Source of the DNA: Octopus vulgaris
Lineage: Eukaryota
Direction: 5' to 3'
DNA length: 64,000 nt
Assembly: GCA_951406725.2 (NCBI GenBank)
Contig: OX597835.1
Coordinates: forward strand, 22,630,001-22,694,000
The notes under the pieces are model-generated. The model was not told the origin of the DNA and did no database searches. It saw only the letters and a list, made by a program, of their open reading frames with translations. Within the stretch, counting starts at the first letter, position 1. Every line of letters starts with the position of its first letter. The translations under genes and the position numbers were made by a program. Of the stretch, positions 10,418-23,859 are shown one piece after another.

Positions 10418-12660
10418 CATCATCATTTAACGTCTGTTTTCCATGCTCGCATGGGTTGGACAGTTTGACAGGAGCTGGTAAGGCCAGGGGCTGCACCAGG
10501 CTCCAGTTCTCTGGCATTGTTTCTATGGCTGGATGCTCTTCCTAATGCCAACCACCCAACAGAGTGTACTGGGTGCTTATTTACGTGGAACCAGCACCAG
10601 TACTTATTATGTTGCACTAGCACCTGTGTAAATTCTGCTGTAGTGGATGGGTCTTCTTGAGGACAGCAAGGCACCAAATATATTGGTCCTTTGTCATCTC
10701 CTTCATAAGTTTCTGCATGTTGAGATCGGCCTTCAGTACTTCATCCCATGTCTTCCTCGGTCTCCCTCTTCCACTAGATCCATCCACTTTAAGGGATTAG
10801 CACTTCTGTATGAAACTGTTGACATCTATACGCATCACATGACCGAACCAGCACACTCTCTTGCGCACTGCATCTAGTTCCTTTTGTGCCCAACTTTTCT
10901 CTCAATACCCTAGTGCTCTGTTGCACATGTACACTGACATTGCACATCTAGTGGCGCAGTCTAGCTTCATTCCTCTCTAGTCTTCACATGTCCTCTGCAT
11001 TCAGGGCCCACATCTCACTACAATGTAGCATTACTGTTCGTATACATGTATCTTACAACCTTCCTTTTACTCGGAGAGAGAGAGAGAGAGAGACCTTTGG
11101 TTGCCAACAGAGGTGAAAGCTCTCTGAATTTTTTACATCTTATTTAAGCAATTACACTTTCTGTACATCCTCCCCTACTGCTAATCAGGTTTCCTAGGTA
11201 GCAGAAATTATCCACTACCTCTAAAGAGCCTCTGGTGCAGTTGAGGAAATCAATTTCCTGAGTATCTGTAGTTTTTATGGAATTCCTGCTCATACCTTTC
11301 CCACATATCAAGCAGGGCCATTTACCTGTTGGGAGAAGGGTCCTGTCCCTTCTCTTGCTTACTAGAACCTTAGTTTTTGCTAAGTTAATCCTAAGACCCA
11401 TTGATTCCAGGTTTTGCTTCCACACCTGGAATGGCTTTTCTAGTTTTGTTACAGAATCTGCTATGAGAGCAAGATCGTCAGCATATAGCAGTTCTCAGGA
11501 GTAGCTGGTCTTGAATTCCTCTTCTATGGCCTGGGGGGATGATGAGGAATAGGAGGGGACTGAGAACTGAACCCTAATGAATACCTACCTGTACACTAAA
11601 TTCATCACTGTACTCATGCTTAATTCTCACCTTACTGACAGAACCTCTTTGCATGGCTTGTACAGCTTTCACAAGCCACATGTCTACCCCTAACCTCCAC
11701 AGTGGTGTTTTCTGTCAAAGGCTTTCTCCAAGTCAACAAATACCAACTACAATGGTTTGTTCTTTGCCAAATACTTCTCTTGAATTTGTCTGACTATAAA
11801 GCATCAATAGTGCTTCTCGCTGGCACAAAGCCAAGCAGCATTTCATCTAATCTGATTTTGTTACAAATTAATTGGGCTATAACTCTTTCTGTAACTTTCA
11901 TGACCTGGTCCAGCTATTTAATACCTCTTTAATTACTTTGATCTAAAGCATCTTCCTTACCCTTATAGCAGCTGACTATAATACTGCTATACTGGTCATT
12001 TGGGGATGACGCCTTCCTGAATAATCTGATTAACTATATGGGTAACCTGACCATATCCTACTCTGCCAGATATTCTAAGCATTTCAGTTGTGACACCCGA
12101 TAGACTTGGGTCTTCATATCCTTAATTGCCTTATCTATCATACTGCCATCAACACAAATAGCTGGTCCCTCTGTTGAGTTTACATAGGGGAGATTCTTTT
12201 TCCCATTCATAGTAGCACTTCCATGCCTCTTTCTTTGCGGAGTCACTAGCACAGTGAGCATACCATTGTCCATCCATACACACTTCTCTCTGACACACTG
12301 TCTAACAATCCAGAGCACCTCAAGTCTCTAATCTTATTACTGTTAAAAATTGGCAAGCCTCTTTCTGCTTCTGCCCTTGCTAGATAAACCTGTTACATAG
12401 CTTCCCTTTTGGCTACCTGATATAGCACTTTGCTGTTTCCATTTCTCTGATATTTCCAAGCCTGTCTCTTCACTTGTATGGCCCTTTCTACCTCACTGTT
12501 CACCATCAGGTCACTCTCCATCTGACAGATTTTGCCCCAGCCACAGATTTGGTTTACAGCCTTCAGAAGGTTGTCTTGTGAGAACTTCCAGTTGTCCACT
12601 ACATTATACACCACAGCCTCCTCTTATTTCTCATCAAATGCTTCAATCAGAATGTCTCTA
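10418..12660 (-). mobile_element. Decayed RTE-clade LINE (reverse transcriptase region to 3' tail)
   Basis: minus-strand fragments ELLYADDLAL, QGSVLSPLLF, GLRINLAKTKVL, KWPCLICGKG, LEVVDNFCYLG; many stops and frameshifts. Confidence 0.85.
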
Positions 12661-12818
12661 AAACTTTTGGGTGGTTGGGGTTAGGAAGGGCCTCCAGCTG
12701 TAAAAATCCTGCCAAAACAGTCACAGAAGTCTGGTGCAGGCTTTTGCTTGGCTGGCTCCTGTCAAACCATCCCACCTATGCCAGCATGGAAGGCAGCTGT
12801 TAAATGATGATGATGATG

Positions 12819-12852
<34 letters not shown>

Positions 12853-13951
12853 ATGAATGAGAGGACAAACAAAAGAAAGAGGCAATCAAACACAGGTATG
12901 ACTGTATGGATGAGTTTGCTTCTCAAACCTGTAGTCTAGGGTTCAGTTCCACTGCAGAACACCTTAAGCAAGGTGATGGTGCCATGTAAAAAGCACCCAG
13001 TACACTCTGTTAAGTAGTTGGTGTTAGGAAGGGCATGCAGCTGTAGAAACCAGGCCAAAACAGACTATGGGACCTGGGTGTGGTTCCTGGCCTTACCAGC
13101 TCCTGTCAAGCTGCCCAACTTATGTCAGCATGGTAAGATGGATGTTAACCCCTTTGGAAACAGAGCCTCATTTGGAATTTCAATGCCAAGAAGACGGAGC
13201 CCTTTTCACAAGCCTTACAAAGGGCAGGCACTTATTTTTCAAACAAAAAAAATAAAATAAAATAAAAAATAAAGTAATTCACCGATATAAAACTATATAT
13301 ATTCTTGTAGGAAATTGAATGAACTCATACAAAAGTGCTGATTTATCGGCTGAAAATTTCTCCCATTCATCATAGACTTTTCAGCCGATTAATCAGCCCT
13401 GTCATCTCCTAAGGGTTACATGATGATGATGATGATGATTATGATGATGTGCACACGCATATAATTACCTTATTAGAGTCACTTTGCAGAAAAGAAACTC
13501 ACATATTCCTTATATTTTCCGTCTTTGTATTATCATCATTCACTTGGTTTACTAATTAACTAATCGTTTGATCAATTAGTTGGTTCATAAGAGGCTTTTC
13601 ATCACTGCCTTGAGACTTCCATCAGCTTCTCTTCTGCTAGAAACAGTCAATTGGCAGATAATAATAAAAAGAAATAAAATATATCCAGTGTTTGTTTGTG
13701 TGTGTTTGTTGGCTACTAACATCTGTTTCAATGCTTGGTTTCATATCAAGAATCTTGAAAAATGAATACATTAATATGAATGTTATTTGTGTGTGTGTTG
13801 TTGTTGTTGTTGTTGGTGGTGGTGGTTAAGAAACATAGTTTCAGGTTCAATCCCGCTGTATGGTACCTTCGACATATCTTCTACTATAGCCCTAACCTAT
13901 CCAATGCCGTAAGAGCAAATTTGGTTTATGGAAACTATATGGAAGCTTGCC

Positions 13952-13985
<34 letters not shown>

Positions 13986-14095
13986 CTCTATCTATCTCTG
14001 TGTGTATCCCCCACCAATTACTTGACAACCAGTGCTGGTTTGTGCACACCCTCTCAACTTAGCAGTTTGGCATAAGAGAGATCAATAGAATAGTT

Positions 14096-14295
14096 ACTCT
14101 TTACTCTTTTACTTGTTTCAGTCATTTGACTGTGGCCATGCTGGAGCACCGCTTTTAATTGAGCAACTCGACCCCGGAACTTATTCTTTGTAAGCCCAGT
14201 ACTTATTCTATCGGTCTCTTTTTGCCGAACCGCTAAGTGACGGGGACATAAACACACCAGCACTGGATGTCAAGCAATGCTAGGGGGACAAACAT

Positions 14296-14326
<31 letters not shown>

Positions 14327-14485
14327 CATATATACGACGGGCTTCTTTCAGTTTCCGTCTGCCAAATCCACTCACAAGGCTTTGGTCGGCCCGAGGCTAT
14401 AGTAGACACTTGCCCAAGGTGCCACGCAGTGGGACTGAACCTGGAACCATGTGGTTGGTAAGCAAGCTACTTACCACACAGCCAC
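14096..14485 (-). mobile_element. SINE family A
   Basis: reverse complement of the family sequence. Confidence 0.9.
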
Positions 14486-14592
14486 ACCAGGCTTTAAAAA
14501 CAACAAAAAAAAGTACTGGGACTAATTTGGTTCCTAAACCCTTCAAAGTGGTGCACCAGCATGGCCACATTCTTATGAGTGAAGCACAAAAG

Positions 14593-14627
<35 letters not shown>

Positions 14628-14825
14628 GAGCAAAATGCATTTGACATTTGAATGCATAACGGTAAGGAAACAGCTTGGAGTTGGCTTCAGTATTCACCAC
14701 ATGTGTCAGCATTTTGTTCCTTTACTTTCTCTCCTATCTCTCCACTCTCACCTCTCTCTTCTCTGTCATTGTTTTTTTTTTTTTTCACCCCAATATGCTA
14801 ATTGTTGCTGTTGTTTTCTCTCCAG

Positions 14826-14886
14826 GTGGAACCATGCTTTCAAAAATCAAATTAACACCCTTCAAACTCAAGCTAAGGACAATCAG
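14826..14886 (+). CDS. SMG7: SMG7 exon: WNHAFKNQINTLQTQAKDNQ
   Basis: tccag/gtgagg; WNHAFKNQI matches human SMG7 and includes the Lys equivalent to K66 of the phospho-UPF1 pocket; phase-compatible. Confidence 0.96.
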
Positions 14887-16100
14887 GTGAGGGTATGGAC
14901 GCATCTTTTATATATATTTTTTATTTTTTTACATCCTATTGTGTTCTTTTTTTTAAAGAAATACTTTTACCTATGGCCTTTGAGATCAGTGACGAAAAGT
15001 TACTGGAAAAATGATATAAGTATTTGCATTGGGACCCCTTTCATCGAAAACCGGTGATTGTCGTATGCTGATGACAGGTCAATACCTAGAAACTGCAGTC
15101 CGTGCGTATCACTTAGGTTGACGAGGGAAGGATGACCTCTCTTTGGAAATACCTTAAGGGCACAGAAAGTGTGCCTAAAGCCAGCTGGAGGAGATGTTCT
15201 CCTGGGGCTACAAGCTACAGTAACACCCACCCTTAGTGATTAGCCATATTGAGATGGCAAATATACCCTCCTTTTTGTTTTCTATTTATTAAAGAGATAC
15301 ACAAAAAGATATTTTATTTTGGTGTACACTTAGAAGAGTGGGAGTAGGGGACAATTTCGTCTTGCTTGTGGTGGTGGTGGTGATGGTGGTGGTGGTGGGT
15401 AGAATCAGAAGAGGTAGGGCCTTGTAAAAGGTGTTAACTGCAAGGTGTATAGGTAGTTGAAACAGAGGAGAGAGGACCATGTAAAGGGGTTGCAGGATCA
15501 GTGGAATGGTCAGAAGGTTCTGTAAAGGGTGGTGGACAAAATTCCTTCTGGTGTTCATGTCTTGCACTCACCCTCTAAGTAAAGATCCCCTTCAGAATAG
15601 ACTTTGGCATCTCGTTCTTCTTGAATCTATAGAATAAATTTACCAAGCATATCCTAGGTCCAGTTTAATCAACTACTTATCCCCATTAGCTCTAATTTCA
15701 GTTAAAAAATATATTTATTAGCAACAGAGGCAATAATAATACCAATAGGTAATATTTATCCCCACTCAAACATGGGTGTTATGTTAGAACAAACTATACT
15801 GCATGAGATAGCCTGAGAGAAACTCTCACATTGACTTCTTGGTCATATGGACCTGGGCGCTGGTGTCACAATTAGTTAGTTATCTTGTTAAAAATATATA
15901 TATATATATATGTTAGTGACAGGGGCAGTAATAATACCAAAAGCTAATATTTATCGCCACTTGAAAGTTGATCTTCTGTTAGAACAAACTATACTGCGGT
16001 AGATACCACGAGAGAGACACTCATATTGGCTTTTGGTGTAAAATGCACTTTTGTTTATATTGCTCGTGGGGAGATAAATCTCTGCTACCTCCAGCGCCAA

Positions 16101-16151
16101 GACCACCAGATCATGTGATTTCAACCTTGTTTGGTCTTGTCAATGATGGCC
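16101..16151 (-). ncRNA. Type I hammerhead motif with variant core
   Basis: ggccatca-TTGACAA-gacc aaacaa ggtt-GAAA-tcacatga-TC-tggtggtc. Confidence 0.6.
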
Positions 16152-17521
16152 ACTCAACTTCTAGAGACAGCAGCGATTCTTTTCCCTGCCAGTATTATAT
16201 AGATCGACAGTGCCAGAATAGGCGGTTCTCAACCGTTTTTTACCTAAGGACCCCTTTGATTAGTATTTTATCTTGGTGGACCCCCATAGCCATTTGATGC
16301 TTAAAGATTAGTTTTATAGAAACTTATTTCAAAATTCCTATTTTGTTTTTCACACGTTAACTTGTTGCAGGTTGAACTGTGTAAAATGAGAAAGAAACCA
16401 CGCTGTTTCTTGCTTCAAATACATCCACAGTAACATTTTTTTTCACGAACTCTTAAAATAGTACTGTGGATCTCCAATTTACTATTTTGCTTGCGCAGAC
16501 CTCAAAAGTCTCACATGGACTCCCAGGAGTCATATGAATCCCAGGAGTCATATGAATCCCAGGAGTCATATGAATCCCAGTTGAGAACCACTGACCTAAC
16601 ATAAAGCCACCTCTCTCAAAATACACCCCACCTCAACACTCCCCACATGCCACACACACACTTGTGAAGGCTTGTCATGCAAGTTACCAGTTCACCTCAC
16701 TGGTGCCGGTGCTATGCAAAACATTCCCACTTCACTCTGTAAAGTGGTTCTCAGCAACAATTCGAGATAAAAGAAAAGTATTTAATGAGATGGTTCAGTG
16801 GTTATAGTGTCGGGCTCACAATCAATGAAATAGTGAGTTCAATCCCTAGACCGGACGTGTGTTGTGTTCTTGAGCAAGACCCTTTATTTCCCGTTGCTCC
16901 AGCTCACTCAGCTGTTGAAATAAGCTGCGATGTCACTGGTACCAAGCTGTATCGGGCCCTTTGCCTTCCCCTTGGATAACATTGGTGGTGTAGAGAGGGG
17001 AGGCTGGTATGCATGGGTGACTGCTGGTCTTCCATAAGCAACTTTGCCTGGACTTGGGCCTCAGAGAGGAACCTTCTAGGTGCAATCCCATGGTCATTCA
17101 TGACCGAAGTGGGTCCTATTCCCTGGCACATTTTTTCCAGCTGAGATAACTATGTATCCTGCTTTACAACGAAATACATGTTACTGTCCCCCCATTGTAC
17201 TTTGACCTTCCCATCACTTAGAATAACACCTCCTCCCTCACTACCCCGCTCCCCAGATGAGGTTGTCTTGTCTTGCAAGTTACTTGGTGACCTGACTGGT
17301 GCCAGTGCCATGTAAAAAATGACCCAGTCTATTCTGTAAGGTGGTCAGTGTTAGGTAAGAATGCCAGACATAGAAGCCATGCCAAAAGCAGACACTGGAG
17401 TTTGGTGCAATGTTCAGGCATGCCAGTTCCTGTTGAACCATCTCACCCATTCCAGTACAGAAAAGACTTGTTAAAGAAACAAATTCAAAATAGATAGAAT
17501 TGTAGGTTCTCTGTTGTTTGT

Positions 17522-17743
17522 TTAACCCCTTCGTTACCAACCCGGCTGAAACCGGCTCTGAGTACAAATGTCTTGTTTTCATAAGTTTTGAATTAAAATC
17601 TTCCACCAAACCTTAGTCACAATTTATGTTCCTAACACAAGCTGAATGATAACTAAGTTATTTTACTAAATTCTTTGATATATTTAAAGTAATTGAAAGA
17701 AACACAGAGCATCTCAAAAGAAATATGGCAACCAAAGGGTTAA
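17522..17743. mobile_element. piggyBac-like MITE (related copies about 25275-25531, 55960-56188)
   Basis: TTAA-CCC...GGG-TTAA termini. Confidence 0.8.
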
Positions 17744-18304
17744 CAAATGCTTAATTTACCCATTTCAATACAAACCCAGCTGAAACCACCTCTGGTTCTG
17801 TAGTACTAATGTTTTGTTTTGAAACACAGAGCATCTCAAAATGAATACAGTAACAAAAGGGTTAATAAATAACACAATTGATTGGCAAGAAATAACAATA
17901 GGGTTTCAAGTTCTCTCAGTGGGTCTGTCATTGCTTTATATTTCTGTCTCAAAACCAGTGTTTCTAATACCTTAGAGCAACTTCCCAGTAAACACAGTGT
18001 GGGTTGTGTAAACACAAATAAAGCCAAATGGCTTCTAATTCAGCAGCAGAGCTTTCGTTCTTGTCTAGTTCCCCAGATCAGTCATGATGGTCTTTTCAGA
18101 ATTGAGCATTGTGTATCTAGGACTACATTAACCCTTTTGTTACCATATTTCTGTTGAAGTATCCTGTCTTTGTCTCAATTAATTTTGTAAATAATGAGGA
18201 ATACAAATTAACATGGAATTTTAACAGATTTTAATTTAGATCAACTTTAACACAGGGAATTTGTATCATAAGACTGAAGGTGGTTTGAGGTGGATTTATA
18301 TTAA

Positions 18305-18503
18305 CCCTTTAGTGTTCACATTATTCTGCCAAAATTAATGCTTTTTTATCCACATTGTTTTGAACTAATCATTCATTATCTGGTAGCTATGAGATTTTGA
18401 TGAGGTAGCTGTTAATTGGTGTAAGAGACCAGATCTAGCCAGTTTGAACATAGAATAGGTAGAATACTTTTGGCCGGATATGGCCGGTTTAAATGCTAAA
18501 GGG
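18305..18503. mobile_element. piggyBac-like MITE, second family (related about 32411-32637, 54006-54228)
   Basis: ccctttag...ctaaaggg with TTAA on both sides; empty site visible in the adjacent duplicate. Confidence 0.88.
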
Positions 18504-20959
18504 TTAAAAAGGTTAACCAATGGCTCCTTTTTTTTTTTTTCATGGTAGTCAGGTTGAAACCTTTAGCACTGAGCATTGTGTATCTAGGACTAAATTAACC
18601 CTTTTGTTACCATATTTCTGTTGAAGTATCCTGTCTTTGTTTCAATTAATTTTGAAAAAAAAACAAGGAATTTAGTTAGCTAGAATACAAATTAACGTGG
18701 AATTTTAACAGATTTTAATTTAGATCAATTTTAACACAGGGAATTTGTATCATAAGACTGAAGGTGGTTTCAGGTGGGTTTGTATTAAAAGGGTTAACCA
18801 ATGTCTCCTTTTTTTTTTTCCTCCCATGGTAGTCCGGTTGAAACCTTTAGCACTCAGATTATTCTGTCAAACGCAATGCTTATTTATTCACATTGTTTAG
18901 AATTCATCATGCATTATCTGATAGCGTTTCAGACTTCAGTGATGAGATTTATATTTAGAATGGCATTGTAGGGTAGGTGCAATAAGCTGGATCTGGATGG
19001 TTTAAATACTAAAAGGTTAATTTGATGGCAGTTTGGCTGCCATTTTTAATACATTGAGCAACCACAAAGAGCAAAGATAGGGAACTTCTTGCTTGCAGAT
19101 GAAATTTTGCTAGCATCAACATTTTCACCCTTCCACTAACAAAATCTCTAAGTGTTTGAGTTACATGAGAAGGCTTTAGGGTAACCATTTGGTTTGGGTT
19201 CAGTCCCACTGCATAGCACCTTGGGCAAACATCTATTGTAGCCCTGGTCTGACCAAAGCTTTGTGAGCAGATTTGGTGGATGGAAACTGAAAGAAGCCCA
19301 TCGAATATATGTGTGTGTATATGTATATAAGTGTATGCATATGTATATGAGTGTGTGTGTGTATGTATGTGTGTATATATACTTTTTTTAATTAAAGCTG
19401 TGAAAAGATGATGTTTTTGTAGGTTTAATAAAAAAGCCTATTACTCTACCTTTGGTAATTGAGTACTATTTTTTACCACCTTGTTTTGCATTCATGTACT
19501 TACTTGTATGTGTGTGAGAGTCACTGTCTTCTTGTCTTCACATCACATGATGGTTAGAAGCAAGTTCATGCAAATGATGTCCAAGGGGAAATATTTCCTT
19601 ATTTGGAAACGGGTGAGGGTCAGTAACTGAAACGGCATACAGCCCTGAAAATTCTACCTCCACAAATTCCATCTGACCTGTGCAAGCTTTGGAAAAGTGG
19701 ATGTTAGGAAACGAAAACAATGACGCTCAGTGAACTGCGAGAATGAAAACAATGACTCGCATCGTCATTCTTATTGTTAGTGCCTGGTAAGAAGTTTGCT
19801 TCCCAATCACGTGGTTATGAGTTCAGTCCCATCGTGTGGCACCTTGGGCAAGTGTCTTCTGCTATACCCTTGGGCCAACCGAAGCCTTGTAAGTAAATTT
19901 GGTCAATGGAAACCGAAAGAACCTCATCATGTGTGTGTGTGTGTGTCCCACCATCACCACTGCCACTTGATAACCAGTGTTGGTTTGTTTACTTCTCTGT
20001 AACTTAGCAATTCAGGAAAAGAAGCTGATAGAATAAATGCCAGTAGTTCTACGCAAAGTTCATCAAGACAGTGCCCCAGCAAGGCCACAGCCTAATGGCT
20101 GAAATGTCATCATCATCATCATCGTTAAGTGTCCGCTTTCCATGCTGACATGGGTTGGACGGTTCAACTGGGGTCTGGGAAGCCAGAAGGCTGCACTAGG
20201 CCCAGTCTGACCTGGCAATGTTTCTACAGCTGGATGCCCTTCCTAACGCCAACCACTCCATGAGTGTATTGAGTGCTTTTTACGTGCCACCGGTACACAC
20301 AGGTGCCAGACGAGGCCTGCAATTGGCCACGATCGGATGGTGCTTTTTACGTGCCACTGGCACGGAAGCCAGTCAGGGCGGCGCTGGCAATGGCCATATT
20401 CGGATGGTTCTCTTATGTGCCACCGACACTGCTATCACAGCTACAATTTCCATTGATGTTGATCAATTTTGATTTTCACTTGCCTCAACAGGTCTTCACA
20501 AGTAGAGTTTTGTGTCCCAAGGAAAGATGATCCGGCAGATTTGAACATGATTATGTTAATCACTGTTGTATCTCATCATTGGAGAATAACTTCTCTTGTA
20601 TGATGAATGTGTGTTGACACATTGGATTTGAGTGCGTTAACACATTAGATCTGAGTGCGTTGTGAGCACCCGCTCATCTGAAATTAGCTCCTCTCCACTG
20701 AGATAAAACAGTGATAAGCATATTCACATTTGGATCTGCTGGAACATAAGGGTGTCAAATTTTGGCTGAAGGCCTACAATTTCGGCAGAAGGGAGTTAGT
20801 CAATTATATTAACCCCCAATGCTCAACTGGTACTTATTTTGTTGACCCTGAAAGGATGAAAGGCAAGGTAACCTCCGATGTAATTAACTTAACCCCTCTG
20901 CAAAAATTTCACCCCTCATGCTTTTAATAGGAAGAATTATCCTCATCATCATCATCATT

Positions 20960-21425
20960 ATGGCAGTTAGTTGGCAGAATTGTTAGCACACCGTATGAAG
21001 TGCTTAGCGGTATTTCACCTGCCACTATATTCTGACTTCAAGGCAAGCTGGCAGACATGTTAGCGCGCTGGGCGGAATGCTTAGCGGTATTTCGTCTGTT
21101 GCTACGTTCTGAGTTCAAATTCCGCCGAGGTCGACTTTGCCTTTCATCCTTTCAGGGTCGATAAATAAAAGTACCAGTTTCGCACTGGGGTCGATGTAAT
21201 CGACTTAATCCGTTTGTCTGTCCTTGTTTGTCCTCTCTATATTTAGCCCCTTGTGGGCAATAAAGAAATATATATTCTGACTTCAAATTCCACCGAGGTC
21301 GAATTTGCCTTTCATCCTTTCGGGGCCGATAAATAAAGTAATAGTTGAACACTGGGGGTCAATGTAATCGACAAGTCTCCTCTCCCAAAATTTCAGGCCT
21401 TTTGCCTATAAGTAGAAAGGATTAT
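20960..21425 (+). mobile_element. SINE family B (tRNA-derived, Meta-domain-like centre): one copy nested inside another
   Basis: gagctggcagaa..gagttcaaattcc..gcctttcatcctttcggggtcgataaa..agtaccag; 16-bp duplication at 21026-21041 and 21271-21286. Confidence 0.88.
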
Positions 21426-21842
21426 TATTGTTGTTGTTATTATTATTATCAGTACAGACGGGACCCTCACAGATTCTTCCTTGTGCATGAGTAATTCAAC
21501 CTTGATATATTGTAAGTGTCCTCCAACTTTAATGTAGTGTCTCATTTATAAGTTTACAATATCCTTAGTTATTTTGGTTGGTGTTAGAAAACGGCACATC
21601 TATCATAAAGAAAGAAAGAGAAAGATCTAAATAAAACACTTCATCAACATTGAAATTCAAATATTCAAAATGATGATGAGGGCAGTAGTGGTGGTGATGA
21701 TGATAGAGTTGGTGATGGTGACAGAGAGGATGATGTTGATTTGTTTTCAATTTCCTTCTGTGACTCCAGTTTGTGCCGATGTTATAAAATCAGTGATAAT
21801 TTTGAGTATTGGCCATTTTTTTTTATTCTCTTTTGTTCCCAG

Positions 21843-21914
21843 AATCCAAAAAGACTCGAAGTGCAAGCCAGCCTCAATCTGTTCCTTGAAACAGCAAGTG
21901 GGTTCTACCTTCAG
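21843..21914 (+). CDS. SMG7: SMG7 exon: NPKRLEVQASLNLFLETASGFYLQ
   Basis: cccag/gtgagt; matches human NPNRSEVQANLSLFLEAASGFYTQ. Confidence 0.96.
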
Positions 21915-22184
21915 GTGAGTACAATATTAATTGTCTGCTTTGACAGTAACGCACACCCTGTGAAACACCACAACACCCTTATGATATATATTCAATGGCT
22001 CTCCACGATTCACTGTGACACTTCACAATGTTTTGTAGCACTCCATAACAGAGCATAACAACCCATAACACCCAACAACAATCCACGCCACCCCACAACA
22101 CTCCATAACACATCTCAGTGCTCCATAACCTGCCACATTGCTCTGTAGCAAATCCCCAATTCTCCATAATGCCGTACAACCTTC

Positions 22185-22330
22185 CATCACACTCCACAAC
22201 ACATCACAACACTCCGCAACACCCTGCAACACGCCACAACACCCTGCAGCACACCACAGCACCCTGCAACACACCACAGCACCCTGCAACACACCACAGC
22301 ACCCTGCGACACGCCACATCACCCTGTGAC
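22185..22330. repeat. 20-bp minisatellite (caccacagcaccctgcaaca) inside a larger degenerate array (about 21950-22700)
   Basis: tandem periodicity visible. Confidence 0.85.
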
Positions 22331-22776
22331 ATGCCAAAACACTCCATGGCACTCCCCAACATCCCATAACACGTCTCAATGCTCCATGGAACATCACAAC
22401 GCTATGATGTTGATGACACTGTGTGATTCACTGTACAACATTTTGTAACACTCCACATGATAACACAACATGTTACAACACTCTGTGGCACTTAATGGCA
22501 TTCCCTGATTCTCCATAACACTCCACAACATTTTTGTATCCCTACGAAACACACTACAACACTATGAAATGCAATGGCCCTCCATAGTTCACCCTAACAC
22601 CCTGCGGAATTTTGTAGCACTACATAATGCACAACAGCACTGCAGGGCATTCAGTAGCACTCTGCAATTTACCATGACACTCCCGCAACGCTAGTTCTGC
22701 ACAAGTGGATCCTTATGACATGGAATTAACAAACAAATATTAACGAGCTATGAATTTGCAAAATTTTTAAAGCATT

Positions 22777-23215
22777 AGGCGCAGGAGTGGCAGTGTGGTA
22801 AGTAGCTTGCTTAACCAACCATATTGTTCTGGGTTCAGTCCCACTGCGTGGCACCTTGGGCAAGTGTCTTCTACTATAGCCTCGGGCCGACCAAAGCCTT
22901 GTGAGTGGGTTTGGTAGACTGAAAACTGAAAGAAGCCCATCGTATATATGTATATATATATATATATATCTATATATATATAGAAATATATATAGATATA
23001 GATATATATGTGTATGTGTGTGTGTTTGTTCCCCCTAGCATTGCTTGACAACCGATGCTGGTGTGTTTACGTCCCCGTAACTTAGCGGTTCGGCAAAAGA
23101 GACCGAATAGATTAAGTACTGGGCTTACAAAAGAATAAGTCCTGGGGTCGAGCTGCCTGATTAAAGGCGGTGCTCCAGCATGGCCGCAGTCAAATGACTG
23201 AAACAAGTAAAAGAG
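22777..23215 (+). mobile_element. SINE family A
   Basis: full-length copy. Confidence 0.9.
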
Positions 23216-23599
23216 TTTTTTTTTTTTTTTATTAGGACAAAGGTATCTGAAATAATTAAATACAGCTCATTAAAGAGACCAACAGAATAAGGACCAGACT
23301 GCAAAAAAATAAATTACTGGGGTTAATTTGTTTGACTAAATTGTTGAAGGTGGTGCCCCAGCTCGGCCTCAGTCCACTGACTGAAACAAGTAAAAAATAA
23401 AAAGACAAGACACTGTTGAAACAATATTAGTCATCGTCTAAATATTTCCATATCCCCTCCCTGTATAATTATTTACAATTAATTACTTTATTAACTATTT
23501 CGTGTTGATGGCATATCTATTATGACACACAAACCAAAGCACGAACGCCTGCTCTTCCACACCCGTTCATTTATTCTTCCATCTCTCGTTCTTTTCCAG

Positions 23600-23678
23600 T
23601 TATTACAGCTACTATGTACGACCTTCAAGCTGGACCTGCCTTTCAGGCGGAAATCTTCAGCTTACGGAATTATAAAAG
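23600..23678 (+). CDS. SMG7: SMG7 exon: LLQLLCTTFKLDLPFRRKSSAYGIIK
   Basis: ttccag/gtaaga; matches human LLQELCTVFNVDLPCRVKSSQLGII. Confidence 0.94.
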
Positions 23679-23859
23679 GTAAGAATAAATCTTTGTAACA
23701 CCAACTGTATAAAGCCCTGTGTGCTAAGGCTCAACAGCAATAGCTGTTGGGGGCTTTGTCGGGGTTAATGAGAAATGGTGCAATGTTTTGTGAACAAAAA
23801 TCTTATTAGCTACTAAATCTTATCTACTTTTTGGGGTTTTTTTTCATTCTACTTGTCTC

